A stretch of DNA of 53,941 nt from Bacillales bacterium (GCA_031554215.1 JAVBKF010000121.1:1-53941), one strand, 5' to 3'. Counted from the stretch's first letter, positions 40,969-52,341 are shown. Notes: generated by a model from the letters alone, not told the origin. Program-made: numbers and translations.

Positions 40969-42180
40969 TCATACTCTTGTCATGACTTCAGTCGCTTCAA
41001 GTAAAGCGCGTGCCTTGTCCGTTTTCTCCCACGGTAACACTACATCAGTACGCCCAAAATGACCGTAAGCCGCTGTTTGTCGGTAAATTGGCCGACGTAA
41101 ATCGAGCATCTTAATGATCCCTGCTGGGCGTAAATCAAAGTGCTGGTTGACCAAATCAACGAGTACAGATTCAGCCACCTTGCCCGTGTTAAATGTATCA
41201 ATCGCAATCGAGACAGGGCGTGCAACACCAATCGCATAAGCTAATTGAACTTCTACTTTGTCAGCTAGACCGGCAGCAACAATATTTTTCGCAACATAAC
41301 GCGCCGCATAGGCAGCAGAACGATCAACCTTTGTCGCATCTTTCCCAGAGAATGCACCACCACCATGGCGTGCATAACCACCATACGTATCAACAATGAT
41401 TTTCCGACCAGTCAGACCGGCATCGCCTTGCGGTCCACCAATCACAAAACGACCTGTTGGGTTAATAAAAAACTTCGTGTTCTCATCTATATACGCACTA
41501 GGAACAACCGGATCAATCACATATTCCCTTAAGTCCTTTTGTATCTGTGACAACAACGTATCAGCATCATGTTGCGTTGAAATGACAATCGTATCCACAC
41601 GAGCTGGTAGGTTATTTTCATCATACTCAATCGTCACCTGTGTTTTTCCATCTGGTCGTAAATAAGACAACGTCCCATCCTTACGGACAGCTGCCAAACG
41701 ATGTGACAACTGATGTGCAAGAGAAATTGGTAATGGCATGAGTTCTGGTGTCTCATTACAAGCAAACCCAAACATGAGCCCCTGATCCCCAGCACCGATT
41801 GCCTCAATCTCTTCCTCAGACATCCAACCTTCCCTTGCCTCGAGGGCCCGGTCAACACCCATTGCAATATCAGCAGACTGCTCATCAATCGCTGTCAGCA
41901 CAGCACAGGTTTCAGAATCAAACCCATACTTCGCACGATCATAGCCAATCTCTTTAATTGTTTGCCTAACCAGTTTAGGAATATCAACATAAGTTGACGT
42001 TGTTATTTCCCCTGCAACAAGGACAAGACCCGTTGTAACTGACGTTTCACAGGCGACCCGCGCATTTGCATCCTTTGCCAAAATTGCATCTAATACAGCA
42101 TCAGAAATCTGGTCACAGATCTTATCTGGATGCCCCTCTGTCACAGACTCTGAAGTAAATAACCGACGTTGTACAGCCAT
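40969..42180 (-). CDS. metK: S-adenosylmethionine synthetase
   Basis: [28 protein letters not shown]; start at ATG 42180. Confidence 0.98.
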   Translation of the reverse strand: MAVQRRLFTSESVTEGHPDKICDQISDAVLDAILAKDANARVACETSVTTGLVLVAGEITTSTYVDIPKLVRQTIKEIGYDRAKYGFDSETCAVLTAIDEQSADIAMGVDRALEAREGWMSEEEIEAIGAGDQGLMFGFACNETPELMPLPISLAHQLSHRLAAVRKDGTLSYLRPDGKTQVTIEYDENNLPARVDTIVISTQHDADTLLSQIQKDLREYVIDPVVPSAYIDENTKFFINPTGRFVIGGPQGDAGLTGRKIIVDTYGGYARHGGGAFSGKDATKVDRSAAYAARYVAKNIVAAGLADKVEVQLAYAIGVARPVSIAIDTFNTGKVAESVLVDLVNQHFDLRPAGIIKMLDLRRPIYRQTAAYGHFGRTDVVLPWEKTDKARALLEATEVMTRV

Positions 42181-42221
42181 CTTTTCTCCTCTTCTCTCCC
42201 ATAAAATGGTTTTTACATAAT

Positions 42222-42250
42222 AAAAAAACTCCGCTAGAGAGCAGAAGTTT
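42222..42250 (-). terminator. Expression-platform terminator of the metK leader
   Basis: Minus strand AAACTTCTGCT-ctct-AGCGGAGTTTTTTT. Confidence 0.75.
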
Positions 42251-42272
42251 AGCTTGTCTATGGCTTCCCTTC

Positions 42273-42382
42273 CTCTCATCGCTCAAGGCTCCATGCCTTG
42301 CTCAAGTTTAGCACCACTGCACACATGCGTGCTGGCTGCTGGGGGTCATCGGGATCTCTCCCTCACCCTCTCTTGATAAGAG
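42273..42382 (-). ncRNA. SAM-I (S-box) riboswitch
   Basis: CTCTTATCAAGAG...GAGGGA...CCCGATGA...GCAGCC...GGTGCTAA...GATGAGAG upstream of metK. Confidence 0.9.
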
Positions 42383-42824
42383 TATAATTTTAGGTATTAC
42401 AATATTGAATAATAGACCAAAAAGGCGCGAAAAGCAATGATTTCGGTGTGAATTTATTAGTGAAACATTTACCAGTGTTTGCTGTTTGCATTCTAGTACA
42501 AGCAAAAGTTGCATCTGAAAAAAATAAAATGGAGATATGCATTTTATTGTGACTTTGCCTATTCACACATATGCTTCACCATTATTTCCCCACATACTTG
42601 GCTATCATCATTTTCAAATCCGATTTTCTCGGTTTATGGAACTCCAGTAAATACGCCAAAAAAAAGCGACACCCAACAGGTAACCCTAGGCATCGCATGA
42701 TCTATGGAAACATCATCTGCGGAGCCACTCACTCCACTTCTGATGGGGAGTCATAACCCGTATTGTGAATCAATCCATGATCTAATATGTCAAAATAATT
42801 ATATGTAAAAAAGGTTAATATCCG

Positions 42825-43220
42825 TTAGAACGCTAAGCGCTGTGCTTCTCTAAGCTGAAAGCTTCTGACTTCTCTTGGCAAAAATCGTCTGATTTCATCT
42901 TCATTATAACCAACTTGCAAACGCTTTTCATCAATTAAAATCGGTCTTCTCAGTAATCCTGGATTCTGCTGAATCACTTGATACAATTCTTGCAGAGGGC
43001 AATTCTCTAAATCCATATCAAGCTCTTCATACGTCTTTGACCGTGTTGAAATAATTTCGTCTGTTCCTTCTTCGGTCATTCGAAGGATGTTTTTAATTTC
43101 GTCAATACTCATTCTTTCATTGAAAATGTTTCGTTCCACATAAGGGATATCATTTTCTTCAAGCCATGCTTTTGCTTTTCTACAAGAGGTGCAACTAGGC
43201 GTTACGTATAGTGTAACCAT
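42825..43220 (-). CDS. spxA: Transcriptional regulator Spx
   Basis: [44 protein letters not shown]; AGGAGG RBS. Confidence 0.97.
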   Translation of the reverse strand: MVTLYVTPSCTSCRKAKAWLEENDIPYVERNIFNERMSIDEIKNILRMTEEGTDEIISTRSKTYEELDMDLENCPLQELYQVIQQNPGLLRRPILIDEKRLQVGYNEDEIRRFLPREVRSFQLREAQRLAF

Positions 43221-43635
43221 TTTAATTCCTCCTTTGTTTTTAAGGTAAAATAGATCTCTCAAAAATTACAATTTAGCGAATCTATTAACTACTATTGTCA
43301 TTATACAACATAATTTGACTATTGTGTACACATTTTAGAAAAAAACTTTTAACATTTTAGTCACTTTCTTGCGATAAATAAGAACACTTATTCTTATTCA
43401 GTTCATTTTTCCAAATAAAAACAGTATAAAAACCTCTTTTCCAGAGTAGTTTGTTCATATTTTATCCACAATTAATGAAAATCTTCTACAGTTACAAAGT
43501 GTATGCATTAATATTTGAATAAGACCGACGACTTGGCTATAATATAGACAGTAATGAAAACAAACGGCAACTCAAATGACTTGTGTCCGTTCGGCACGCA
43601 GGGATCAGAATAGACTAGTTAGATTGGAGGCCTAT

Positions 43636-43818
43636 ATGTACATTCTTGACTTCGCTTTAGTTTCACTCTTAATCATTGGCATTACCGCACTACTCGGAGT
43701 GATCAGTAATGGAATCGGCATTCATCTATTTGGAAGAAAGAACCGATCTAAGTTTGTCGATCAATCCGATAAGTCGACTGCAGGATTTAATATGGTTGGT
43801 GGTAATAAGAAATCATAA
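43636..43818 (+). CDS. Small conserved membrane protein between oppF and spx
   Basis: GGAGG RBS; 60 aa with hydrophobic N-terminus; I recall similar proteins at this position in bacilli. Confidence 0.7.
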   Translation: MYILDFALVSLLIIGITALLGVISNGIGIHLFGRKNRSKFVDQSDKSTAGFNMVGGNKKS

Positions 43819-43845
43819 ATGCATCAACTATTTGTTAATGGATAG

Positions 43846-43922
43846 AAAAAACCTCACGAGATGTTACTGGTGCCCCAAGCGCTAATTTTTGGGACAATGT
43901 CAGTACAAATCGTGAGGTTTTT
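43846..43922. terminator. Long bidirectional terminator-like hairpin
   Basis: AAAAACCTCACGA / TCGTGAGGTTTTT with inner pairings. Confidence 0.7.
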
Positions 43923-43959
43923 ACATATGCGATCTTTCGCCAAATACATCCTAAACAAT

Positions 43960-44901
43960 TTAACTTCTATAAGCAGCCTTATATTGTTCAAATTCCTTTT
44001 CAGAGCAGAGGACATGATGTTCCGGAGCGACTTCCCGCATCACCATAACCTCTCCTTCGGCACCTTCGTGGTCCTTCGCAGGATGATAAGCAAACCGGCG
44101 ACGTTTCCGCTCACTATCAGGATCTGGTAGTGGAATCGCAGAAAGTAACGACTTCGTATAAGGATGAAGCGGATTCTTGTAGAGCGCATTACTTGGGGCA
44201 AGCTCTACTAACTTTCCAAAATACATCACGCCAATCCGGTCAGAGATATATTTGACCATTGATAAGTCATGAGCAATAAACAAATACGTTAGCCCTCTTT
44301 CCTTTTGCAATTTCTCGAGTAGATTAACCACCTGTGCTTGGATGGATACATCTAATGCAGAAATCGGCTCATCGGCAATAATGAAATCAGGCTGTACTGC
44401 AAGTGCCCGCGCAATCCCAATTCGTTGCCTTTGACCACCAGAGAATTCATGTGGATAACGACTGGCATGTTCATAACTCAGTCCCACTGTCTCAAGAAGC
44501 TCACGCACCATACTTGTCCGCTGTTCTTTTGACTTAGCAAGCCCATGAATATCAATCCCTTCGGCAATGATATCTTGGACTGTCATTCTTGGATTCAGTG
44601 ATGCATACGGATCCTGAAAGATCATTTGCATTTTCCGATTAAATTCCCTTAAATCTGATCTCTTCTTAATCGAATGAACATCTTTTCCTTCAAAGAGAAC
44701 TTGCCCAGCTGTTGCTTGGTACAAGCGAATAAGCGACCGACCAGTTGTCGATTTACCGCACCCTGATTCACCAACAATACCAAGCGTTTCACCGCGGTAG
44801 ATATCAAATGAGATGTCATCAATGGCACGAACTTCATTCGGTTTACCGACATTAAAATACTGCTTTAGATTCTTTACCTCTACCAGTTTTTCTCTGCTCA
44901 C
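43960..44901 (-). CDS. oppF: Oligopeptide ABC transporter ATPase
   Basis: [34 protein letters not shown]. Confidence 0.95.
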   Translation of the reverse strand: MSREKLVEVKNLKQYFNVGKPNEVRAIDDISFDIYRGETLGIVGESGCGKSTTGRSLIRLYQATAGQVLFEGKDVHSIKKRSDLREFNRKMQMIFQDPYASLNPRMTVQDIIAEGIDIHGLAKSKEQRTSMVRELLETVGLSYEHASRYPHEFSGGQRQRIGIARALAVQPDFIIADEPISALDVSIQAQVVNLLEKLQKERGLTYLFIAHDLSMVKYISDRIGVMYFGKLVELAPSNALYKNPLHPYTKSLLSAIPLPDPDSERKRRRFAYHPAKDHEGAEGEVMVMREVAPEHHVLCSEKEFEQYKAAYRS

Positions 44902-45974
44902 GCCTTCGCACCTCCTACCTCAATTGGTGTCGCGAAATTCCCTGGCATTGCCCGCTGACGACTTTTGACGAACGCAGGTGGTTCCACCTTTGGTGCCTGC
45001 GGGTGCAGCAACCATGTTTTCGCATAATGCGTTTCTGAAAGTTGGAAATAAGGTGGTTCAAGTTCATGATCAATTGCCATTGCATACGGATTTCTTGGTG
45101 CAAACGGGCAACCTTTCGGTGGATTCATTAGATCAGGTGGTGTTCCAGGAATCGCCGTCAGCTCTGTTTGTTCATCCGTATCCAAACTTGGCATCGAGGT
45201 TAAAAGCCCCCATGTATAAGGATGACGCGGATCATAGAATATTTCATCGACAGTGCCAATCTCGACAATTTGACCACCATACATCACCGCAACCCGGTCT
45301 GCTACATTGGCCACAACACCTAAGTCATGTGTGATAAAAATAATTGATGTCTCAATTTTCTCCTGCAAGTCCTTCATCATCTCTAGAATCTGTGCTTGAA
45401 TCGTTACGTCAAGTGCTGTCGTCGGTTCATCAGCGATTAACACTTTTGGATTGCATGCTAGTGCAATCGCAACAACAATCCGCTGTCTCATCCCGCCTGA
45501 AAACTGATGCGGATATTGTTGCATTCTCTCCTCAGCTTTTGCAATACCAACCAGCTTCATAAGATCAAGTGCCCGATTCCGCGCCTCTGCCCTACTCAGA
45601 TGCTGATGTTTCATTAAACCTTCCATGATCTGCTTACCAATTTTCATTGTTGGATTGAGAGAAGTCATTGGGTCTTGAAAAATCATTGAGATGTCTTTTC
45701 CACGCACTTGTTGCATTTCCTTTTCCTTCAACTGCGCGAGGTCTCGCCCGCCAAATAGGATTTCGCCATTTGCGATGCGGCCAGGAGGATCTGGAATCAA
45801 TCTCATGATTGTCTTTACGGTTACGGACTTTCCGGACCCTGACTCCCCTACAATTGCTAGCGTCTCCCCTTTATATAGGTCAAAACTGACACCGCGTACA
45901 GACTTCACTTCTCCTCCATGCGTTTTGAAAGAGACATGCAGATCTTTAACTTCTAGTAACTTTTCCATCTTCAT
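44898..45974 (-). CDS. oppD: Oligopeptide ABC transporter ATPase
   Basis: [23 protein letters not shown]. Confidence 0.95.
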   Translation of the reverse strand: MKMEKLLEVKDLHVSFKTHGGEVKSVRGVSFDLYKGETLAIVGESGSGKSVTVKTIMRLIPDPPGRIANGEILFGGRDLAQLKEKEMQQVRGKDISMIFQDPMTSLNPTMKIGKQIMEGLMKHQHLSRAEARNRALDLMKLVGIAKAEERMQQYPHQFSGGMRQRIVVAIALACNPKVLIADEPTTALDVTIQAQILEMMKDLQEKIETSIIFITHDLGVVANVADRVAVMYGGQIVEIGTVDEIFYDPRHPYTWGLLTSMPSLDTDEQTELTAIPGTPPDLMNPPKGCPFAPRNPYAMAIDHELEPPYFQLSETHYAKTWLLHPQAPKVEPPAFVKSRQRAMPGNFATPIEVGGAKA

Positions 45975-45983
45975 TCTCTCCTT

Positions 45984-47036
45984 CTATTTACGCATTTTCG
46001 GATCAATTGCATCACGCAAGCCATCGGCAATCAAATTAAAACTCAGAATAAGGACACTCAGTATTATCGCTGGAATAATCAGCATATAAGGATAGATGAA
46101 TAACACAGGTAACGCATCACTGACCAAACTTCCTAGCGACGCTTGTGGTGCCGGAATCCCGAGTCCGATAAAACTAAGAAACGATTCAAAGAATATTGCA
46201 GAAGGAATCGTAAACATAATCGAAATAATCAGTGGTCCTAGAGAATTCGGTAGTAAATGTTTCAGGATAATCCGGGAGCTTGATGCACCAAGTGTGGTTG
46301 CAGCCATTACATACTCTTGATTCTTCAGTTTAAGAAACTGTCCACGAACAATCCTTGACATACCAATCCAACCGGTCACGACCATGGCAAACACAATTGA
46401 CCAGAATCCTGGTCCGAGAACGAGCATCATTAAGATGACAATGACTAGGAATGGTATCCCAATCAGGATTTCCGAAAATCGTTGCATGATGATATCAACT
46501 TTACCACCAAAATAGCCTGAAATCCCTCCATAAGCAACACCGATACAAAAGTCAATCAGTGCAGCGAGGATACCTATTGCAATTGAAATCCGTGCGCCAT
46601 ACCAAACCCTTGTCCAAATATCTCGGCCAAACTCATCAGTCCCAAAATAATGATAGTCCTCTTCACCAGTCTCCGCGTAATAGTCGATCATTACTGGATC
46701 ACCATTCTCATCAGTTGCACCTGTGATATCAGCCATTTCTCCATCAAATGGGAGCCATGAGACATTCTCCAGTACTGGTATCTTCGGTGGTAAGTATTGT
46801 GTCTTCAGCGTCGGATCTTGTTCCTTATAATCATAAGGCGACACCATTGGCGCGAAGATTGCTAATAGAATAATCAGCGTAACCATGACAAGACCGACAA
46901 GTGCCCCTTTATTCTTCTTTAACCTCACCCAGGCATCCTTCCAGAATGTAAGGCTCGGGCGTGAGATTTTCTCTTGATCTTGCAAAGTAGTCCCAACAAT
47001 TTCAAACATTTCAGGCGTTAAATTTTGTTTACTCAT
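45984..47036 (-). CDS. oppC: Oligopeptide ABC transporter permease
   Basis: FGTDEFGRD, EYVMAA..LGA, DGLRDAIDPK. Confidence 0.95.
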   Translation of the reverse strand: MSKQNLTPEMFEIVGTTLQDQEKISRPSLTFWKDAWVRLKKNKGALVGLVMVTLIILLAIFAPMVSPYDYKEQDPTLKTQYLPPKIPVLENVSWLPFDGEMADITGATDENGDPVMIDYYAETGEEDYHYFGTDEFGRDIWTRVWYGARISIAIGILAALIDFCIGVAYGGISGYFGGKVDIIMQRFSEILIGIPFLVIVILMMLVLGPGFWSIVFAMVVTGWIGMSRIVRGQFLKLKNQEYVMAATTLGASSSRIILKHLLPNSLGPLIISIMFTIPSAIFFESFLSFIGLGIPAPQASLGSLVSDALPVLFIYPYMLIIPAIILSVLILSFNLIADGLRDAIDPKMRK

Positions 47037-47980
47037 GATTTATCGCCTCCTGCCACACGAATTCTAGGATCAATAATGCCATACAACATATCAATCACAA
47101 AAATAATGATAACGAAAATGAGACTATAGAATATCGCGAGTCCCATGACAACAGAATAATCATTGGTAGTAACCGAAGTAACAAATTGTTCGCCTAACCC
47201 TGGAATGGCAAATATTCGCTCAATAACGAGTGAACCTGTCATAATATTAACCGCTAGTGGTCCTAGAATCGTGATAACAGGAATTAACGCATTACGAACG
47301 CCGTGTTTAAAAATGACATTCCACCTGCTAACCCCTTTTGCTCTCGCAAGCAAAATATAATCCGAACCCAATACCTCTAGCAACTCCGTTCTCATGAAAC
47401 GAGCTGTCGTAGAAATAACAAAAACGGATAACGCTAAGGTTGGTAAGATTGTCTTATCAAATTCTGTGAATGGCGCCGACGGCCATCCCGCAACCGGTAA
47501 CCAGTCAAGCTCTACTGCAAATAGCAATTGCAATATAGAGGCAAAAACAAATGACGGAACGGACACGCCAATGACAGCAATCACAGTTGTTAAGTAATCC
47601 GCCCAGGTATTATGCTTTATCGCTGCAATAATTCCTAAGATTAGGCCAACAATTGTCCCAAATACTAATGCTTGAAAGCCAAGCCTTGCTGAAGCCCAAA
47701 CGCTATCCCCGATGACCTGTGTGACTTCACGCCCCGCAAACTGGAACGACTCACCCATGTCCCCGTGCACAAGATTATTCATATAGTTTGCATACTGAAC
47801 GACTAATGGATCATTGAGTCCATATTGCTCTTCTATTCTTTCTTGTTGCTCCGCTGAAAGTTTCTCCCGGTTCTTCAGTGGTGATCCAGGAATTAGCTTC
47901 ATCATGAAGAACGTCAACGTCGCGATGACAAACAATGTAACAATCATTAATAAAAATCTTTTCAAAGTATACCGTAACAT
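47033..47980 (-). CDS. oppB: Oligopeptide ABC transporter permease
   Basis: DYILLARAKG, KH..RNALIP, IDPRIR. Confidence 0.95.
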   Translation of the reverse strand: MLRYTLKRFLLMIVTLFVIATLTFFMMKLIPGSPLKNREKLSAEQQERIEEQYGLNDPLVVQYANYMNNLVHGDMGESFQFAGREVTQVIGDSVWASARLGFQALVFGTIVGLILGIIAAIKHNTWADYLTTVIAVIGVSVPSFVFASILQLLFAVELDWLPVAGWPSAPFTEFDKTILPTLALSVFVISTTARFMRTELLEVLGSDYILLARAKGVSRWNVIFKHGVRNALIPVITILGPLAVNIMTGSLVIERIFAIPGLGEQFVTSVTTNDYSVVMGLAIFYSLIFVIIIFVIDMLYGIIDPRIRVAGGDKS

Positions 47981-48090
47981 TACCGCACCCCCATTTCTTG
48001 TACATATAGCAGATTGACGAAAGGAGAGTGGATGCGAATAACCGCATATACTCCCCTCCTAGCCGTCAATTATGTTGCCACAAGCTGGTA

Positions 48091-49758
48091 TTACTTAGCG
48101 ATGTATGCATCCTTATAAGTATAATCACCAGCGAAGTTATGCAACATAACGCCTTCAACTTTTGGATTCTCTAGGTATGAATATGATCTTTGGTAAAGTG
48201 GGACAATCGCTTGATCTTCTTCAATCAAGATTTTTTCTGCTTTTTGCATTTCTGTCCAACGCTTTGCAGGGTCGTCAAGTAATGGTCCGTTAGCAGCAGC
48301 GATAATCGCATCGTACTCAGGATTTGAATACATTGATCTATTGAAAGAGTTATTTGTTTCGTATAACTCTAAGAATGTCATTGGATCTGGATAATCTGGT
48401 CCCCATCCAGCATAAGTGATATCATAGTTCAATGCCTTTTGATCTTCGAGCATTGGTCCAAATGGCTTAGGAACAATATTGACTGTTAAACCTTCAAGAT
48501 TCGTTTCAAGCTGTTCTTTAATGAACTCACCAACTTTTTTTGCACTGGCTGTATCATAGTTTAGGAACTCAATTGTGAAAGTATCTTTTCCAAGATCTTT
48601 CTTCGCGAGCGCCCATTCTTTTTTGGCTTCCTCGATGTTAAATACTAGCTCATCTGGGTATCCTTCATGAAATTCCTTGCCATTCTCATCGTAAGCAAAG
48701 TCATCCGGCACAAGATAATCAGTTGGTGTTGAACCGTCACTTAGAATTTTCTCGGTGAAAGCTTCTTTATCAATCGCCATGGCCATTGCTTTTCTTGCAT
48801 GCACATTGGCTAATAATTCATTTTTCTGGTTCATTTTCAAGAAGAATGTTGATGAATCTTTTTCTACCTTGAAATCATCACTGTTTTTATTTTGAGGCAC
48901 TTGTACCGCTGCTAAGTTTGCACGGTCAAGCTCACCTTTGTTATACAGTTGTAAGCGTGTGTTATCATCTTTAATCACTTGAACATTGATCGTGTCTAAA
49001 GTAACATTTTCTTTATCCCAATACTGATCATTTTTCTTATATGACCAGCCTTGCCCATGATCCCAGCTCTCGAGTACAAATGGTCCGTTATATACTTGCG
49101 TATTCGCTTCTTTTGCAAAGTTCTCACCTTGAGACTCTACATACTTTTGGTTTTGCGGCATAAACGTACCGAATGCAAGTAATGATTGCGTATACGGATA
49201 TACTTTTTCCCATGTGATTTCAAGCGTATAATCATCAATTGCTTTCACGCCGAGTTGATCAGCAGGAAGTGCACCTGTGTTGACAGCTTCTGCATTTTTG
49301 ATTGAATACATCATGCTTGCATACTCTGATTTCGTATCTGGTGCAAGCGTACGTTGCCAACCGTAAACAAAGTCATGCGCTGTTACTGGATCTCCATTAG
49401 ACCATTTTGCATCATCGCGAAGGTCAATTGTCCAAACTTTGCCGTCCTCGCTCTTTTTAGGGTCAGCTTTCGCAATACCTGGCTCAACTTTATCGTTCTC
49501 TCCAAGCGTATATAGTCCCTCAAACACGTTACTGAATACGATGAATGAAACCGCATCTGTTGCAGTGGATTGGTCTAAATCTGGAATATCAGCAGTTGAT
49601 GCTAAGTTTAACTCTTGCACTGCAGCTAAATTCTTTTTCCCATCTGTCGTTGATGGCTTCTTGTCCCCAGTAGTTTTTTCGTCACTACCACAAGCAGCAA
49701 GTACTGAACTAAAAACCAAAAGCAGGGCAATCACTAAAAATAAACTTTTCTTCTTCAT
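48091..49758 (-). CDS. oppA: Oligopeptide-binding lipoprotein
   Basis: Lipobox LAAC; AKWSNGDPVTAHDFVY, YNGPF, GWGPDYPDP. Confidence 0.95.
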   Translation of the reverse strand: MKKKSLFLVIALLLVFSSVLAACGSDEKTTGDKKPSTTDGKKNLAAVQELNLASTADIPDLDQSTATDAVSFIVFSNVFEGLYTLGENDKVEPGIAKADPKKSEDGKVWTIDLRDDAKWSNGDPVTAHDFVYGWQRTLAPDTKSEYASMMYSIKNAEAVNTGALPADQLGVKAIDDYTLEITWEKVYPYTQSLLAFGTFMPQNQKYVESQGENFAKEANTQVYNGPFVLESWDHGQGWSYKKNDQYWDKENVTLDTINVQVIKDDNTRLQLYNKGELDRANLAAVQVPQNKNSDDFKVEKDSSTFFLKMNQKNELLANVHARKAMAMAIDKEAFTEKILSDGSTPTDYLVPDDFAYDENGKEFHEGYPDELVFNIEEAKKEWALAKKDLGKDTFTIEFLNYDTASAKKVGEFIKEQLETNLEGLTVNIVPKPFGPMLEDQKALNYDITYAGWGPDYPDPMTFLELYETNNSFNRSMYSNPEYDAIIAAANGPLLDDPAKRWTEMQKAEKILIEEDQAIVPLYQRSYSYLENPKVEGVMLHNFAGDYTYKDAYIAK

Positions 49759-49787
49759 GCCTTATCCTCCCCTAAGCTTAGAATTGA

Positions 49788-49802
49788 AATCTTCTGAATA
49801 TT
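49788..49802. promoter_or_regulatory. Putative CodY box upstream of oppA
   Basis: AATCTTCTGAATATT, 2 mismatches to AATTTTCWGAAAATT. Confidence 0.6.
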
Positions 49803-50162
49803 GAAGATGCCAAAATACTGTTTGTTTCAGTCACTACCTCCAGCAGAGGCTAATGAAGAAGGCACCCGGTTAACTAACACTCTATTCTGAAAATATAGAT
49901 AACTTCCAAATTAAGCTATCGTTGCTATCAGGATAGATTGTAAGTGTAACAAAATCCCCCTTAGTAGGCTCCTTTTGAAACATAATTGACATCAACTAGC
50001 TTTATTGTAGAATATGTACTACAGATAATCAAGGGATAAGCCTTATCAAAACAGTTTTCAATTGATAACCCAGACTTTTCTATATTTGATAATAGCTGAT
50101 GAAATTCGGTATAATCAGAAGTATTCTAAAATAATTGACTGTGAACCAAAAAGGGGGAGACC

Positions 50163-50534
50163 ATCACGAATACCGCAAAGAAGACAGGCGCGTTAACCAT
50201 TGGGTCTATTGCGATAGCTACAGTCTATTCTTTATTTGCCCAATCCAAATTTCTTCTGGCATTTATCAACAGCTACTTTGTATTAGGCATGATTTGCCTG
50301 CTATTGGGACTGATTATTTACATACAAGACGGTGGTTTCTTCTCATTCTTTAAATATTCCTACGGGAAGTTTTTGAGGTCTTTTCAGAAAAGAGAAACGA
50401 TTGAAGAAGAGTACGCGACTGTAGCAGACGACCCACTTGACCAAACCGATTTCCAGCTAAAGTTGCCACTAATATTGACCGGAGCAATTATGTTGATCGT
50501 CACTGTCTCATTATCAGCATTGTCTTTCAACTAA
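50163..50534 (+). CDS. DUF3899 membrane protein, apparent ATC start
   Basis: GGFF..F.YS motif and position divergent from oppA; frame open from 50145; GGGGGAG RBS precedes ATC 50163; first canonical start is 50289. Confidence 0.72.
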   Translation: MTNTAKKTGALTIGSIAIATVYSLFAQSKFLLAFINSYFVLGMICLLLGLIIYIQDGGFFSFFKYSYGKFLRSFQKRETIEEEYATVADDPLDQTDFQLKLPLILTGAIMLIVTVSLSALSFN

Positions 50535-50571
50535 GCGAATAACCACACAGCTGCCTAGCTGATCAGAAATG

Positions 50572-50616
50572 AAAAAAAAACCTATTGGCATTCGTTTATG
50601 CCGATAGGTTTTTTTG
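50572..50616. terminator. Bidirectional intrinsic terminator
   Basis: AAAAAAACCTATTGGCA / TGCCGATAGGTTTTTTT. Confidence 0.88.
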
Positions 50617-50678
50617 CTTTCGTGTATCTTTTCCCTCCAAGGCGTGAGCGAACAGCCGAGCTTTTAGTTTGAAACAGC

Positions 50679-51440
50679 TTATTTCATGTAAGGTCGCTCG
50701 CCAATTTCGATATCCCACAATTGTTCCAAATAGTTTTGCCCTTTAATGATTTTTTCACAGAACAGTGTATGTTTTCTCGTCCAACCAACAGAAATTGACT
50801 CATAAAACAAAGACCACACTTCCTCGAAATCTGCAAGACGAGCTTCATGATATTTTTCAGGAAACCATTCAGTAAACCAATAACGGATTTCTGCGACATT
50901 TTGTGAAAGGTAGATATGCTCTAGTGCCAGTAGCAACAACTTCTTGAGCCCTCTTTCTTTCCGCGTCAATCCATACAATACTGATGGATGGGGCGCTAAT
51001 GCATTAATCTCACTGATTTGCGTGGTCGTATACAGCAGATCAAATTCATAATATGTAGCTTCTAGCTTTAAGACCTGTTCGAGAATTTGTTGCTCATGCC
51101 TTGGCACAATCCGGCTCTTACGAATTGGAATGGTGTAACCAATCGTATCAATCGCCATAATCCCAACACCATCAGTTAGTACAGCGCAGTAATCCATCAC
51201 ACTGCGCTCATTTTTCCGTCTCACAAATGACTGTTGATAAATATCCTTCAGTAGTTGACTCGGCAATTCATTCATACCGTTTTCGATTATGTGATAGAAA
51301 TCAGGCTTGATTTTCAATAAAGCAACCTGTTCAAGCAATTCAACGTGATCGCTTTTACGCCATTCATGAAACTCACAGACATTCATCCCGCATTCTTCAC
51401 CTTCAAACCAATTAACCCAAACATCATGGAGATGTAACAT
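50679..51440 (-). CDS. yjbA: YjbA (DUF3603; forespore ClpC adaptor MdfA in B. subtilis)
   Basis: ML.LHDVWVNWFEGEE.G.NVC.F.EWRK.D, PIRKSR, GLTRKER; GAGGT RBS. Confidence 0.9.
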   Translation of the reverse strand: MLHLHDVWVNWFEGEECGMNVCEFHEWRKSDHVELLEQVALLKIKPDFYHIIENGMNELPSQLLKDIYQQSFVRRKNERSVMDYCAVLTDGVGIMAIDTIGYTIPIRKSRIVPRHEQQILEQVLKLEATYYEFDLLYTTTQISEINALAPHPSVLYGLTRKERGLKKLLLLALEHIYLSQNVAEIRYWFTEWFPEKYHEARLADFEEVWSLFYESISVGWTRKHTLFCEKIIKGQNYLEQLWDIEIGERPYMK

Positions 51441-51486
51441 TCGCAAAAACCTCACCAACTCGGTTTATTAATATTCTTTGTAAAAT

Positions 51487-51516
51487 CATTATTGGCAAAT
51501 GGTGGGCAATTCATTC
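51487..51516 (-). promoter_or_regulatory. Putative sigmaF/sigmaG promoter of yjbA
   Basis: GAATG-15 bp-GCCAATAATG. Confidence 0.55.
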
Positions 51517-51606
51517 AAAAAAAACAAGTAATCATTACATGAATAGCAATGTAAATTATGGAAAACCCAGTCAAACATTGATAACAAAACAGCCAACGCC
51601 GGACAA

Positions 51607-52341
51607 TTAGATAAAATCATTTGAAGGCGTGGCCAGCATCTTCACCGTCATTGACTTCTTTTTACGGCAATATTGATCGACGAGATGATAACCAACAGCA
51701 TAGCCAGCCATCCTTGGTACAGACCGCAACCCGTACACTAAATCATCATGCTGACTACTACTTTTTTTGATTGAAAAATGGGCTTTGTAGGACGTTTCAA
51801 TCAAGGATTCCATTTGTTTGTCCTCAAATCCTGTAATCCACGGGGCAAGGTATGCCTCTCCGCAAAATTCGGCAACCGCCTTTTCCGCGAGCCCTTCCAT
51901 AATCAATGTGTCCAGCAATGTGTCATTTTCGCCTTTCAACTTATGTAATCTGCATGTATGGTGGTATTCATGGACAAAAAGCGCTTCAAGTTCAGTATCA
52001 CTGATTTGGTTAGGAATAAAGAGAAACACCATGTTCTTAAAAGCAACACCTGATTTCTTTGCCGCTACCAATAAGTTTCCCCGTGATGGCAACATAAACA
52101 CAGGGACGTCAGGTCCCTTCATCCTCTTCCGGTAACAATCAAATAATTCATTCAGCTTTTGCCATTGTTCTTTTTTTTTCATCTGGTTAAATACCTGTTC
52201 AGCTTGCCTATTAAAACTAGCCATGCCATTTTTTCTGAGTTCTCGAATTAGGGAGGCATCCCGCATTTCAAGGTACGTCAAAATTTGCTCCTCAACGGAA
52301 AGCCCAGTTTCCATCCACTTATCTGTCCGAACAATGCTCAT
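51607..52341 (-). CDS. yjaZ: DUF2268 putative Zn-dependent protease YjaZ
   Basis: HEYHH, MEGLAE, GYAVGY; lies downstream of fabF. Confidence 0.88.
   Translation of the reverse strand: MSIVRTDKWMETGLSVEEQILTYLEMRDASLIRELRKNGMASFNRQAEQVFNQMKKKEQWQKLNELFDCYRKRMKGPDVPVFMLPSRGNLLVAAKKSGVAFKNMVFLFIPNQISDTELEALFVHEYHHTCRLHKLKGENDTLLDTLIMEGLAEKAVAEFCGEAYLAPWITGFEDKQMESLIETSYKAHFSIKKSSSQHDDLVYGLRSVPRMAGYAVGYHLVDQYCRKKKSMTVKMLATPSNDFI

Noticed and set aside
42690-42760. Hammerhead ribozyme (CTGATG and GAAAC present)
   Set aside because: The motifs fall inside hairpin loops, not at a three-way junction core.
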